From an uncultured Sphingopyxis sp. (GTDB taxonomy: Bacteria > Pseudomonadota > Alphaproteobacteria > Sphingomonadales > Sphingomonadaceae), in NCBI GenBank assembly GCA_964502035.1, contig CAZCUW010000004.1:21171-85170 (forward strand): a DNA stretch of 64,000 bases, in the 5' to 3' direction. Every line of letters begins with the position of its first letter. Within the stretch, counting starts at the first letter, position 1. The notes under the pieces were generated by a model. That model ran no database searches and was not told where the DNA came from. It saw only the letters and a program-made list of their open reading frames with translations. Shown one piece after another: positions 55,273 through 64,000 of this stretch. Made by a program: the position numbers and the translations under genes.

Positions 55273-56034
55273 TCAGTTCAGGCCGATCACCGACAATTGG
55301 CGGCCATAGGTATTTTCCCCTTTATGGCACGCGCGGCGATAGCTGAAATAATCCTCCGCCTCGGCATAGGTGTCCTGCCCGCCGATGGCAATTCGGACGA
55401 CCCCCGCCGCGGCGAGGCGGGCGGCGACATAGGCGGCGATGTCGAACATCGCATGGCCGGGCTGGCCCGCGGCAAAGAAGCGTTCGTTGGCGGGATCGTC
55501 GGCGGTGAAGCGCTGCACAAAACTCTCGTCGACCTCGTAAGATGCCCGGGCGATGCACGGACCGATGGCCGCGGCAATGTTCGCACGGCGCGCGCCAAGG
55601 CTCTCCATCGCGGCGAGTGTGGCGTCGGTGACCCCGGCCAGCGCGCCTTTCCACCCGGCATGGGCCGCGCCGACGACGCCTGCGTCGCGGTCGGCGAACA
55701 ACACAGGGACGCAGTCGGCAGTCAGGATACCGAGCAATATGCCCGGGGTGCGCGTGGCGAGCGCGTCGGCCTGTGGCCGTGCGGCGAGGTCGGCGGCGTC
55801 ATCGACGATGCGGCAGTGGTTGCCATGGACCTGATAAACGCCGGTGAGCGCGCCGCCGGGGAGCACTGCATCGGCGACGCGGCGCCGGTTCTCGGCGATC
55901 AGCGCCGGGTCGTCGTCCGAGCCGAGGCCGCAGTTGAGCGAGGCCAGTTCGCCGGTCGACACGCCGCCGCGGCGGCCGAAAAAGCCATGCGCGATGCCGT
56001 CCAGCGGCGCTGCGGCGACGAACGGAGCGGTCAC
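55273..56034 (-). CDS. pgeF: peptidoglycan editing factor PgeF (YfiH/DUF152 family)
   Basis: It carries HGFFGRRGGVS..SLN, QVHG, LTADCVPVLF and AHAGWKG. Confidence 0.85.
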   Translation of the reverse strand: MTAPFVAAAPLDGIAHGFFGRRGGVSTGELASLNCGLGSDDDPALIAENRRRVADAVLPGGALTGVYQVHGNHCRIVDDAADLAARPQADALATRTPGILLGILTADCVPVLFADRDAGVVGAAHAGWKGALAGVTDATLAAMESLGARRANIAAAIGPCIARASYEVDESFVQRFTADDPANERFFAAGQPGHAMFDIAAYVAARLAAAGVVRIAIGGQDTYAEAEDYFSYRRACHKGENTYGRQLSVIGLN

Positions 56035-56549
56035 AGGTCGAGCCTGAAAAAACGATCTTCGTCGACATGATTGCCGACGCGAAATTCGTTGCGGCCGACG
56101 TCGTAAAAACCATAGCGCCGGTAAAAGGCCTGGGCGCGGTCATTCTCGGTGAACACGGTGAGGTAGAGGATCGACGCGCGCGCGCGCGCCCAGGCGATGC
56201 CCCATTCCATCAGCGCCACCGCGACGCCCGTTCCTTTGGCGGCGTCGGCGACATAAAGCTGGTGCAGCTCGACGGCATCGCCGGTCGGTTGCTCGGGCGG
56301 CAGGTCGAAATCGACCGGCCCCATCTTGATATAGCCGAGGATGGCCGCCGCCTCGCCGCGGACCAGCGCGATGGCGTAGCCGGGGTCGGCGAGCTGCGCG
56401 CGGACGCGGGCGGGCGGGTTCCAGTCGGCGAGGAAGGTCGCAAGGTCGGCCGGGTCATAGATATGGCCGAAGGTGTGGGTGAAGGATCCGTTGGCAAAGG
56501 CGGCGATCGCCTCGGCGTCACCGGGCGTTGCCAATTGTATCGCGGTCAT
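56031..56549 (-). CDS. GNAT family N-acetyltransferase
   Basis: The acetyl-CoA-binding region is LYVADAAKGTGVAVALMEW, and RRYGF is near the C-terminus. The start is MTAIQL (ATG at 56549). Both junctions are ATGA overlaps. Confidence 0.8.
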   Translation of the reverse strand: MTAIQLATPGDAEAIAAFANGSFTHTFGHIYDPADLATFLADWNPPARVRAQLADPGYAIALVRGEAAAILGYIKMGPVDFDLPPEQPTGDAVELHQLYVADAAKGTGVAVALMEWGIAWARARASILYLTVFTENDRAQAFYRRYGFYDVGRNEFRVGNHVDEDRFFRLDL

Positions 56550-57610
56550 GCGGCGCCTCCTGTGAAGCCGGTGGGGTGGGGCCAGCCCGGTGCGGTGATG
56601 GCCATCACCTTGAACAATTCGCCCATCGCATCGGCGGCGACAAGCCGGTCGCGCTGCCCCTGCAATTCGGCGGCGCGGGTCGGCGCGGCGGCGGCCAGCG
56701 ATTGCAGCCGCGCGTCGATGCCCAGCCGTTGCAGCCATTCGCCCTGCGTCGCAACGGCAGTGGCGGCCGCCCCGGCGGGTCGCGCGGCGTCGGCGAGCGC
56801 GGTGAAATCGACATGGGTGGTCAGGTCAACCTCGCCCGGATCGGCAAAGGGGTCAGCAAAGCGGTGCGCCCTGACCGCTTGCAGCGTGTCGCCGACCGCA
56901 GGACCGGCATAACCATAGTCGATCACCAGCATCGCGCCGCCGAGCCGCGCAAGGCGAAAAGCGCAGCCCTGCATGATCGCCGCCGCCACCGGCGCGGTTT
57001 CGACGATGCTTCCCACGGCGGCGAAGCGGAGCGCCGCGGGGACGATGTCATCGGCGGGCGTTTTCCCCGGTACAGCGGCGAGCTTGTCGCCGCGTCGTTC
57101 GACCATATGCTCGCGCCAACCGTCGGCGGTGCGGATATATTGGTGGATGGGCAGAGCGTCGAAAAATTCATTGGCGACGATGATCAGCGGCGCGTCGTCG
57201 GGGAGGGCATCGATGTCGTCGTGATGCGCGGCCGTGGGCAGGCGGGTGCGCTGTGCCGCGCGCAGCGTGGGGCCCGTCTCGACCAGATGGATGCCGATCG
57301 GCGTGCAGCCGAAGCGCGCCATGGTGCGCAGCGCGTCGGCGGCGAGGGTGCCGCGCCCGGGGCCAAGCTCGACATAGCGGAACGCCGGATTGCCCGCGCG
57401 CGCCCACAGGTCGGCGATCCAGATGCCGACCATCTCGCCGAACATCTGGCTGATTTCGGGCGCCGTGGTGAAATCACCCGCGGCGCCCAGCGGGTCGCGC
57501 GTCGCATAATAATGGCTGTTCGCCGCGGCCATGAAATCGGCGACCGTCGTCGCCCGCGCCGCGGCGATGGCGCCGATCAGCGCAGCAGGCGTCGGCGGCC
57601 CGTCACGCAA
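56546..57610 (-). CDS. class I SAM-dependent methyltransferase, MidA/NDUFAF7 (DUF185) family
   Basis: It carries [20 protein letters not shown] and [16 protein letters not shown]. The protein is 354 aa. Confidence 0.8.
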   Translation of the reverse strand: MRDGPPTPAALIGAIAAARATTVADFMAAANSHYYATRDPLGAAGDFTTAPEISQMFGEMVGIWIADLWARAGNPAFRYVELGPGRGTLAADALRTMARFGCTPIGIHLVETGPTLRAAQRTRLPTAAHHDDIDALPDDAPLIIVANEFFDALPIHQYIRTADGWREHMVERRGDKLAAVPGKTPADDIVPAALRFAAVGSIVETAPVAAAIMQGCAFRLARLGGAMLVIDYGYAGPAVGDTLQAVRAHRFADPFADPGEVDLTTHVDFTALADAARPAGAAATAVATQGEWLQRLGIDARLQSLAAAAPTRAAELQGQRDRLVAADAMGELFKVMAITAPGWPHPTGFTGGAA

Positions 57611-58478
57611 CGCTGTCGGGTCCGGCGACCGGCTCGATCCGCTGGCGCCGACCTTTGGCGGTGGCGACGAGCCAGATGCCGCCGATCAACATCGGCACGG
57701 TGAGCGTCTGCCCCATCGTCAGCCCCCACGACAGCGTGCCGAGCTGGACATCGGGTTCGCGCACGAACTCGACCGCAAAGCGGCTGAGGCCATAGATGAT
57801 CGCCGCGACGCCGAACAGGAAACCGGGTTTGTAGCGCGCGTCGGTGCGCCAGAAGAGGAAAGCGAGGATCGCCATCATCAGTAGGCCTTCGAGGCCAGCC
57901 TCGTAGAGCTGGCTGGGGTGGCGCGGATCGTTGGTGCCGCTGCCCGGAAAGATGATCGCCCATGGCACGGTGGTCGCGCGGCCCCACAGCTCGCCGTTGA
58001 CGAAGTTGGCGAGGCGGCCGAAAAAGAGGCCGAAGGGGATGACGCACGCGATATAGTCGCAAAAGCGCAGGAAGCTCAGCTTTTCCTTGCGCGTCACATA
58101 CCAGATCGCGATCAGCACCCCGATGGCGCCGCCGTGCAGCGACATGCCGCCATCCCATAATTTGAAGATATCGAGCGGCTTTTGAATATAATTCCCGAGG
58201 TTGTAGAACAGCACATAGCCGAGCCGACCGCCGAGAATGATCCCGAGCATCGCATAGAAGATGATGTCGTCGGCGTGGCGCCGCGCCATCGGCGCGCCGG
58301 GCTGCGCGATCAGCTTGAGCAGATACCAATAGCCGACAAAGATACCGGCGAGGTAAGCAAGCGCGTACCAGCGGATCGGCAGGCCGAAAATGCTGAACGC
58401 AATCTCGCTGTTTTCTCCCATCAAATCTTGAAAGTTAAGATATTGCGTTGCTTCGGCTAAGGTTGCAAAAAGAAACAT
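57603..58478 (-). CDS. lgt: prolipoprotein diacylglyceryl transferase
   Basis: It carries [38 protein letters not shown] and RHPSQLYEA. Confidence 0.9.
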   Translation of the reverse strand: MFLFATLAEATQYLNFQDLMGENSEIAFSIFGLPIRWYALAYLAGIFVGYWYLLKLIAQPGAPMARRHADDIIFYAMLGIILGGRLGYVLFYNLGNYIQKPLDIFKLWDGGMSLHGGAIGVLIAIWYVTRKEKLSFLRFCDYIACVIPFGLFFGRLANFVNGELWGRATTVPWAIIFPGSGTNDPRHPSQLYEAGLEGLLMMAILAFLFWRTDARYKPGFLFGVAAIIYGLSRFAVEFVREPDVQLGTLSWGLTMGQTLTVPMLIGGIWLVATAKGRRQRIEPVAGPDSVA

Positions 58479-58555
58479 ATCGTCGCGCGGTCCTTCCCCA
58501 GGAGAGGCCTCCCCATAAGGGGTAAGGCCAGCGAGACCAAGAGGAGAGATACACG

Positions 58556-60262
58556 ATGCAATCAGCGCTCGATTTGCGCCTGGACGCCGCCTATAATCTG
58601 ATCACCGGTCCGGGCGGACCGATCCAGGTCGGGTCCGTCGAACGCTTCGGCCAGCAGCTGCCCTTCATCACCAACGCACCGACCAATCTGGCGGATTATG
58701 TTGCGTTTTTTGCGGCGCAGCATGGCGACGCGACGTTTCTGGTCGAGGGTGACGAACGGCTGTCGTTCAAGCAGGTCTATCTCGCCGCCCGGCAGGTCGC
58801 GGCGGGACTGATCGAAGGCCATGGCGTGCAGCGCGGCGACCGCGTCGGGCTGGCGATGCGCAATGCCAATGCGTGGTGCGTTGCCTATATCGGCATCTTA
58901 TTGGCGGGCGGCTGCGCGACCTTGCTCAACGGCTGGTGGCAAGGCGGCGAGCTGGCGGCGGGGATTACCGACAGCGAAGCCAAGCTGGTGATTGCCGATG
59001 AACAGCGCGCGGCTCGGCTCGAAGAGGTCGAGCATGGCGCCAAGGTCATTACCCTCGATATCCGGCAGCCGATCGATCAGGCAATCGCGCCGCTCACCGG
59101 CGCGGGGGGCAGCGCCGCGACCACGCTGCCGGTGCTGACCGGGCAGGATCTGGCGACGATCCTGTTCACATCGGGGTCGACCGGCCAGTCGAAGGGCGCC
59201 TTTTCGCGCCACGAGGCGATATGCCAGGCGATCTTCAACTATGTCACGCAGACCGCGAGCATCGTCCATCTGCTGACCGAAGACGGGCTGATGTCGGACA
59301 TCCAGCCCGCGACCTTGATCTGCACCCCGCTGTTCCATGTCACCGCCGAAGTGCCGGTGTTCCTGCAAAGTTTCGCGCTCGGCCGCAAACTGGTGTTGAT
59401 GCCGAAATGGAACGCCGACGAAGCGATGCGGCTGATCCAGGACGAAAAGTGCAATTATTTCGTCGGCGTGCCGCTGATGAGCTACGAAATATTGGTCAGC
59501 CCGAACCGCAAGAATTACGATCTGTCGACGTGCAAAAGCTATGCCGGCGGCGGCGCGCCGCGGCCGCCCGAACATGTGCGGCGCCTGGCGTCCGAAATGG
59601 GGGAGGCCAAGCCGCTGCTCGGCTATGGCCTGACCGAAACCAACGCCGTCGGGTGCGGCATCATCAACGAAAATTATGTCGCCAAGCCGCTGTCGACGGG
59701 CCCGGCGTCAAAGCCGCTGGTCGACATGGCGATCCTCGACGACAATGGCAGTGAATTGCCGCAAGGCGCCATCGGCGAAGTTTGCATCCGGTCGGTCGCC
59801 AATTTTTCGGGCTATTGGAACAATGAGGCGGCGACCAAGGCGGCCTTTTTCGACAATGGCTATTTCCGGTCGGGCGACCTCGGCTATGTCGATGAGGACG
59901 GTTATCTGTTCATCGTCGATCGCAAGAAGGACATCATCATCCGCGGCGGCGAGAATATCAGCTGTCAGGAAGTCGAAGCCGCGATTTACGAGCATCCCGA
60001 CGCCAATGAATGTGCGGTGTTCGGCCTGCCCGACGAACGGCTGGGCGAGGTTGTCGGTGCGGTTGTCTGGGTCAAGCCGGGCAGCAGCGTGACCGCGGAG
60101 GACATGTGCTCGTTCCTCAGCGCGCGGCTGGCGCCCTATAAGGTGCCGTGCAAAATCTGGATGGCGAGCGACGCATTGCCGAAATTGGGCAGCGAAAAGA
60201 TCGACAAGGTCAGTTTGCGCAATCACTATCGCGCCGAATATGCGGCCGAGGTCGTCGCGTAA
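58556..60262 (+). CDS. AMP-binding acyl-CoA synthetase/ligase family protein
   Basis: It has the AMP-binding motif [20 protein letters not shown] and the C-terminal [18 protein letters not shown]. The protein is 568 aa. Confidence 0.85.
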   Translation: MQSALDLRLDAAYNLITGPGGPIQVGSVERFGQQLPFITNAPTNLADYVAFFAAQHGDATFLVEGDERLSFKQVYLAARQVAAGLIEGHGVQRGDRVGLAMRNANAWCVAYIGILLAGGCATLLNGWWQGGELAAGITDSEAKLVIADEQRAARLEEVEHGAKVITLDIRQPIDQAIAPLTGAGGSAATTLPVLTGQDLATILFTSGSTGQSKGAFSRHEAICQAIFNYVTQTASIVHLLTEDGLMSDIQPATLICTPLFHVTAEVPVFLQSFALGRKLVLMPKWNADEAMRLIQDEKCNYFVGVPLMSYEILVSPNRKNYDLSTCKSYAGGGAPRPPEHVRRLASEMGEAKPLLGYGLTETNAVGCGIINENYVAKPLSTGPASKPLVDMAILDDNGSELPQGAIGEVCIRSVANFSGYWNNEAATKAAFFDNGYFRSGDLGYVDEDGYLFIVDRKKDIIIRGGENISCQEVEAAIYEHPDANECAVFGLPDERLGEVVGAVVWVKPGSSVTAEDMCSFLSARLAPYKVPCKIWMASDALPKLGSEKIDKVSLRNHYRAEYAAEVVA

Positions 60263-60271
60263 CTTTTTGCG

Positions 60272-61144
60272 GTGAAGGGGCGAACCGGGATCATGGCCGA
60301 GGCTGAAACTCCCGTCGCTCCATTGGCGCCGACGTTGCTGGCACCGGTGCGCGTGTATCGCCACCGGTTGCCGACGCGCGTCTGGCACTGGATCAATGCC
60401 GTCACGCTGCTCATCCTGCTGATGAGCGGGCTGACGATCTTTAACGCGCATCCGCGGCTTTACTGGGGCGAATATGGCGCCAATTTCGACCGCGCCTGGC
60501 TGGTGATCGGCTCGACCGCCGACAGCGGCTATCTGCGCGTCGGCGACTGGCGGGTCGAGACAACCGGCGTGCTCGGCCGCTGGACCGATGCTGAGGGCGT
60601 GGAAAAGACCTGGGCCTTTCCGGGCTGGGCGACGATCCCGACCAGCTACAGTCTGGCCGACGGGCGGCGCTGGCATCTGTTTTTCGCGTGGGTGATGGCG
60701 ATCGGGCTGACGCTCTATATGCTGTGGACCGTGGTTGCCGGGCATCTGCGCAAGGATTTGCACGTGCGCCGCGGCGAATGGTCACCGCGCCACATCTGGC
60801 ACGATGTGAAGGATCACGCGCGGCTGCGCTTTCCAAGGGGTGAGGCGGCGGCGCGTTACGGCATCCTGCAAAAGTTCAGCTATATCGGGGTGATCTTCAT
60901 CCTGCTGCCGCTGATGATCGCGACCGGCCTGACCATGTCGCCCGGGCTGAACGCCAGCGCCCCATGGCTGCTCGACCTGTTCGGCGGGCGCCAGTCGGCG
61001 CGGTCGATCCACTTCATCGCGGCGTGGGCGCTGGTCGCGTTTTTTGTTGTCCACATCGTCATGGTGTTGTTGGCGGGGCCGTTGAACGAGGTCCGGTCGA
61101 TGGTGACCGGCTGGTTCCGCTTGCCGCCGGAGAAAGACGCATGA
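60272..61144 (+). CDS. cytochrome b-type membrane subunit (YedZ/thiosulfate-reductase cytochrome b-like)
   Basis: It is a four-helix membrane protein with conserved His in the helices (VWHWINAV.., IHFIAAW..VHIVM). An ATGA overlap links it to a molybdoenzyme gene. An alternative start is the ATG at 60293. Confidence 0.7.
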   Translation: MKGRTGIMAEAETPVAPLAPTLLAPVRVYRHRLPTRVWHWINAVTLLILLMSGLTIFNAHPRLYWGEYGANFDRAWLVIGSTADSGYLRVGDWRVETTGVLGRWTDAEGVEKTWAFPGWATIPTSYSLADGRRWHLFFAWVMAIGLTLYMLWTVVAGHLRKDLHVRRGEWSPRHIWHDVKDHARLRFPRGEAAARYGILQKFSYIGVIFILLPLMIATGLTMSPGLNASAPWLLDLFGGRQSARSIHFIAAWALVAFFVVHIVMVLLAGPLNEVRSMVTGWFRLPPEKDA

Positions 61145-61911
61145 GCGAGCTAATTCTGCCGCGGCGGCAATTGCTCGTCCGCGCCGGGGGGCTGGCGGCG
61201 GCGCTGCCCTTCCTGTCGGCCTGCGACGCGATCAACGACACGCCCGCGGTGCGCAAGATCCTGTCGATGGGCGAAGAGATGAACCGCGCGAGCCAGCGGG
61301 CATTGACCGATCGGAATGCGCTGGCGCGCGAGTTCAGCCGCGCCGACCTGTCGCCCTATTTCCGGCCGAACGGGACGCGGCTGCCCGCGGGCGCCGCTTA
61401 TGCCGGGCATGCAGCGAGCGGCTTTGCCGACTGGCGGGTCGCGGTCACCGGGCTGGTGGCGCGGCCGCTGTCGCTGTCGATGGCGGACATCCGCGCGATG
61501 CCGCAGCGCACCCAGATCACCCGCCACGACTGTGTCGAAGGGTGGAGCGCCATCGGGCAATGGACCGGGGTGCAGCTGAGCCGCATCCTGGCCGCCGCGG
61601 GGGTCAAGGACAGCGCGCGTTACATCGTGTTTCGCTGCGCCGACCGGCTTGGCGATGCGCTCTATTATGAAAGCTGCGACATGGTCGATGCGCGGCATCC
61701 GCAGACGATCATGGCGTGGGCGCTCAACGATGCGGTGCTGCCGATCGCCAATGGGGCGCCGTTGCGGCTGCGGATCGAGCGCCAGCTTGGCTATAAGCAC
61801 GCCAAATATGTGAATGCGATCGAGGCAGTCGCCAGCCTCGACGCGATCGGCGCGGGCAAGGGCGGCTATTGGGAAGACCGCATCGCTTATGAATGGTATG
61901 CGGGGATTTGA
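61141..61911 (+). CDS. molybdopterin-dependent oxidoreductase (sulfite-oxidase fold) with Tat signal and lipobox
   Basis: Its N-terminus, MSELILPRRQLLVRAGGLAAALPFLSAC, combines a twin-arginine motif with LSAC. It also carries the Moco-domain motif TRHDCVEGWSAIGQWTGVQL. Confidence 0.8.
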   Translation: MSELILPRRQLLVRAGGLAAALPFLSACDAINDTPAVRKILSMGEEMNRASQRALTDRNALAREFSRADLSPYFRPNGTRLPAGAAYAGHAASGFADWRVAVTGLVARPLSLSMADIRAMPQRTQITRHDCVEGWSAIGQWTGVQLSRILAAAGVKDSARYIVFRCADRLGDALYYESCDMVDARHPQTIMAWALNDAVLPIANGAPLRLRIERQLGYKHAKYVNAIEAVASLDAIGAGKGGYWEDRIAYEWYAGI

Positions 61912-61939
61912 ACCGCGCGCGCGCCACGAGCCAGGACGG

Positions 61940-61961
61940 CAAAGTTCAGTAAAGTTCAGCC
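61940..61961. repeat. 22-nt motif CAAAGTTCAGTAAAGTTCAGCC (copy 2 of 2)
   Basis: It is an exact match to 31328-31349. Confidence 0.8.
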
Positions 61962-62074
61962 CAATGGCGATCCCCGCTCGGCGCGCTGAACCCGACGCTG
62001 CGGTGGGCGCGACGCGGCTCGCCCGCTAGCTTGTTCCACGCCCGAATATTGTAGGAAAGCGATATTTTCATTCG

Positions 62075-62150
62075 CGTCATGGCGAGCGGAGCGAAGCAAT
62101 CCAGAGTGGCGTATCCCGCTCTGGATTGCTTCGCTTCGCTCGCCATGACG
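62075..62150. repeat. REP-like palindrome, CGTCAT(T/G)GCGAGCG(A/G)AGCGAAGCAATCCAGAG family (copy 3 of 3)
   Basis: It has inverted arms with a 12-nt loop and lies between convergent genes. Confidence 0.85.
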
Positions 62151-62179
62151 AGGCTTATAACCCGAGCCGTCAAGGCCCA

Positions 62180-62617
62180 TCACGTCGGATAGCGCTCGTT
62201 CATGACGTCCCAGCTCAGCACGACCAGCTTTTCGAGCACGTCCAAATCGACATCGGCGAGCTTGTTGACGTAAAGGCATGATTTTCCGACCTTATATTTT
62301 CCAAGCTGCGCGAACAGCAGGTCCGCCTCGGGCTGGCGGTCGCAGTAATGGCCCATCAGATACAGCGTCAGCGCCGCTTTGCGCGGGCTGAACCCGGCGC
62401 GGCACATCGTCCCCGAATGGCCGCTGTCATAGGTATAGTCATAGCTGCCATAGCCGATGATCGACGGCCCCCACATCTTCGGTTCGAGCCCGGTCACGCG
62501 GCGGTGCATCGCGTCGATCACCGCGGCCTCCTCGCGCCGCCGCGCCTCGGGCACCGCGGCAATGAAGTCGGCGACGCCGACTTCGGTCGCTTTGGTCTTG
62601 ATTTCGGTTTTGCCCAT
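62180..62617 (-). CDS. DUF1801 (YdhG-like) domain protein
   Basis: The sequence MGKTEIKTKATEVGVADFIAAVPEARRREEAAVIDAMHRRVTG..MWGPSIIGYG is typical of DUF1801. The start is the ATG at 62617. Confidence 0.7.
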   Translation of the reverse strand: MGKTEIKTKATEVGVADFIAAVPEARRREEAAVIDAMHRRVTGLEPKMWGPSIIGYGSYDYTYDSGHSGTMCRAGFSPRKAALTLYLMGHYCDRQPEADLLFAQLGKYKVGKSCLYVNKLADVDLDVLEKLVVLSWDVMNERYPT

Positions 62618-62709
62618 CGCATGTCTCCCGCGATGGAAATAGCGGGTTGGCGCCGACAATCCAAGCCAGCGGGGTCGCGCGCGGCGACCCCGCTGGATTT
62701 GCCGCGCGG

Positions 62710-64000
62710 TCAGCGCTGCGTGCGCTTGCCCGCGAGTTCGGCCACCAGCGCCGGGGCGGGCCAGATTTTCTCCAGCGCCTGCTGCACCGCCGCGCTCGAC
62801 ACGACGACGGTGCGGTTCAACGTCCCGTCATAGCCGAAATTGCCGCCGAGCGAGTGGATGTTGCCGTCGAACGCGGCGCCGATCACGCTGCCGTCGCGGG
62901 CGATCACCGGCGACCCGGAATTGCCGCCGATGATGTCGTTGGTGGTGACGAAATTATACACCGCCGCCTTGTCGATCCGGCTTTCGGCATCGACGAAGCC
63001 CTTGGCGAGTTGATAGGGCGCCTGGCCGGTGGCGCGGTCGTAGGTGCCGCCCATCACCGTTGTCGGCGCGACGGGCTTGCCGCGCTCGTCCCAGCCCTTG
63101 ACCTGACCATAGGACAGCCGCAGCGTGAAGGTCGCGTCGGGATAGAGGCTGTCGCCATAGGCAGCAAAACGCGCCTTTGCGAGCCGCGCCTGCGCCGCGG
63201 TGACCGGCGCGTCATAATCGCGGTCGAACGCCGTTTTGATCGCGCGCGCGCGCGGATCGAGCGCGGCAAAAAAACGGATCATCGGATCGTCCGACGCCGC
63301 GATCGCCGCCGCGCCGCCCTCCCACAATTGTTTGCGGTAAGCGGGGTCGGCCAGCTTCGTTCCGGTCACCAGCCGCTTGCCAAGCGCTTCGGGGCTTTCC
63401 TTGCCCAGCAGCATTTTGACGTCTTCATTGTCGGCACCCAGATATTCGCGCGCCTTGCTGGCCCAGAAGCTGACGCCCAGTTCTTCCAGCCAGGGATAGG
63501 TCGGAACCGGATCGGTCAGCCGCTTTTCGGTCAGCGGCAGCGCCGAATCGGTAAAGCCGGGCAGGCGTTCATTGTTCGGCTTGCCGCGTTCGGCCGCGGC
63601 GCGCACCAGCGTCTGCGCGTAACCCGCGAGCGTCGAATAGCTGGCGGGGCCGCTTTGCAGGAACACGCTGTCGAAATAGCTGTTGCGCCGTTCGGCCATC
63701 GCCGTGCCGATTTCGGACCAGGGATCACCAATTTCGGCATTGCCCTTCACCCGTGCGCGCAGATCGGCTTCTTCGGCGGTCAGCTTGGCGGTGAAGGCCG
63801 GATCGTTGAGCGCCCGGAACTGCCCCGACAGCGCCTTGAAGCTGTTCTCATAACCGAACAGCTCGTCGCCGCCCTCGCGTGTCTTTGCCGGACTTTCGTC
63901 CATCTCGGCGATCAGGCGGCCGCGGAATTCGGACAGCAGGATCAGGGTCAACGGCAGGCGTTCGCTGCGCTGGAATTCGCGCTGGGTTTCGGTCAGCAGC
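62710..64000 (-). CDS. S46 family (DPP7/DPP11-like) serine peptidase, C-terminal part; gene runs off the right edge
   Basis: The catalytic Ser region is IIGGNSGSPVIARDGSVIGAAFDGN. The frame is open with no stop up to nt 64000. S46 enzymes are much longer than the 413 aa visible here. Confidence 0.75.
   Translation of the reverse strand, partial: LLTETQREFQRSERLPLTLILLSEFRGRLIAEMDESPAKTREGGDELFGYENSFKALSGQFRALNDPAFTAKLTAEEADLRARVKGNAEIGDPWSEIGTAMAERRNSYFDSVFLQSGPASYSTLAGYAQTLVRAAAERGKPNNERLPGFTDSALPLTEKRLTDPVPTYPWLEELGVSFWASKAREYLGADNEDVKMLLGKESPEALGKRLVTGTKLADPAYRKQLWEGGAAAIAASDDPMIRFFAALDPRARAIKTAFDRDYDAPVTAAQARLAKARFAAYGDSLYPDATFTLRLSYGQVKGWDERGKPVAPTTVMGGTYDRATGQAPYQLAKGFVDAESRIDKAAVYNFVTTNDIIGGNSGSPVIARDGSVIGAAFDGNIHSLGGNFGYDGTLNRTVVVSSAAVQQALEKIWPAPALVAELAGKRTQR

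Noticed and set aside
61895-61925. tRNA-like T-arm on the minus strand (GGTTCAAATCCCCGC)
   Set aside because: It lies inside the 3' end of the molybdoenzyme CDS. The T-stem has a mismatch, and no complementary acceptor 5' strand is found ~70 nt away.

Overview
This is a 64-kb window of high-GC chromosome. Gene content and intergenic palindromes suggest an alphaproteobacterium, possibly a sphingomonad; that is inference, since no search was possible. Most of the window is housekeeping: cysS, the DUF1476-bolA-grxD trio, hisG-hisD, nusB-thiL, hppA, nadA, pepN, an Mla-like ABC/MCE operon, an lgt-methyltransferase-GNAT-pgeF operon, an RND efflux pair, a BlaI/BlaR1-like pair and others. Many junctions are ATGA or TGATG start/stop overlaps.

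The main exception is a ~15-kb co-directional minus-strand cluster (5560-20462) lying between cysS and the DUF1476-bolA-grxD genes. It encodes a Sec-signal TPR-CHAT (caspase-fold) protein, a CHASE2-sensor class III nucleotide cyclase and a small secreted protein. These are followed by a two-partner secretion pair: a TpsB transporter and a ~2300-aa TpsA exoprotein. The TpsA has a ~490-aa glycine-rich core, an internal tandem duplication and no toxin motif I could recognise. I propose this as the candidate novel system: an extracytoplasmic protease, cNMP signalling and TPS secretion module.

Other points worth a second look:
- A DUF559 gene is bracketed by 57-bp inverted repeats that carry compensatory stem changes.
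- A palindromic element is translated in frame inside cysS.
- At least five families of REP-like palindromes are present, mostly between convergent genes.
- A 22-nt exact motif is shared by two distant intergenic regions.
- A ~1.3-kb lower-GC stretch contains tetraloop hairpins and a perfect CRP-type palindrome.
- The RND pump carries a ~110-aa hydrophobic insertion.
- A decahaem cytochrome sits next to a CpdA-like phosphodiesterase at the left edge.

All calls come from reading the ORF translations and the DNA by eye. No database search or structure prediction was available.
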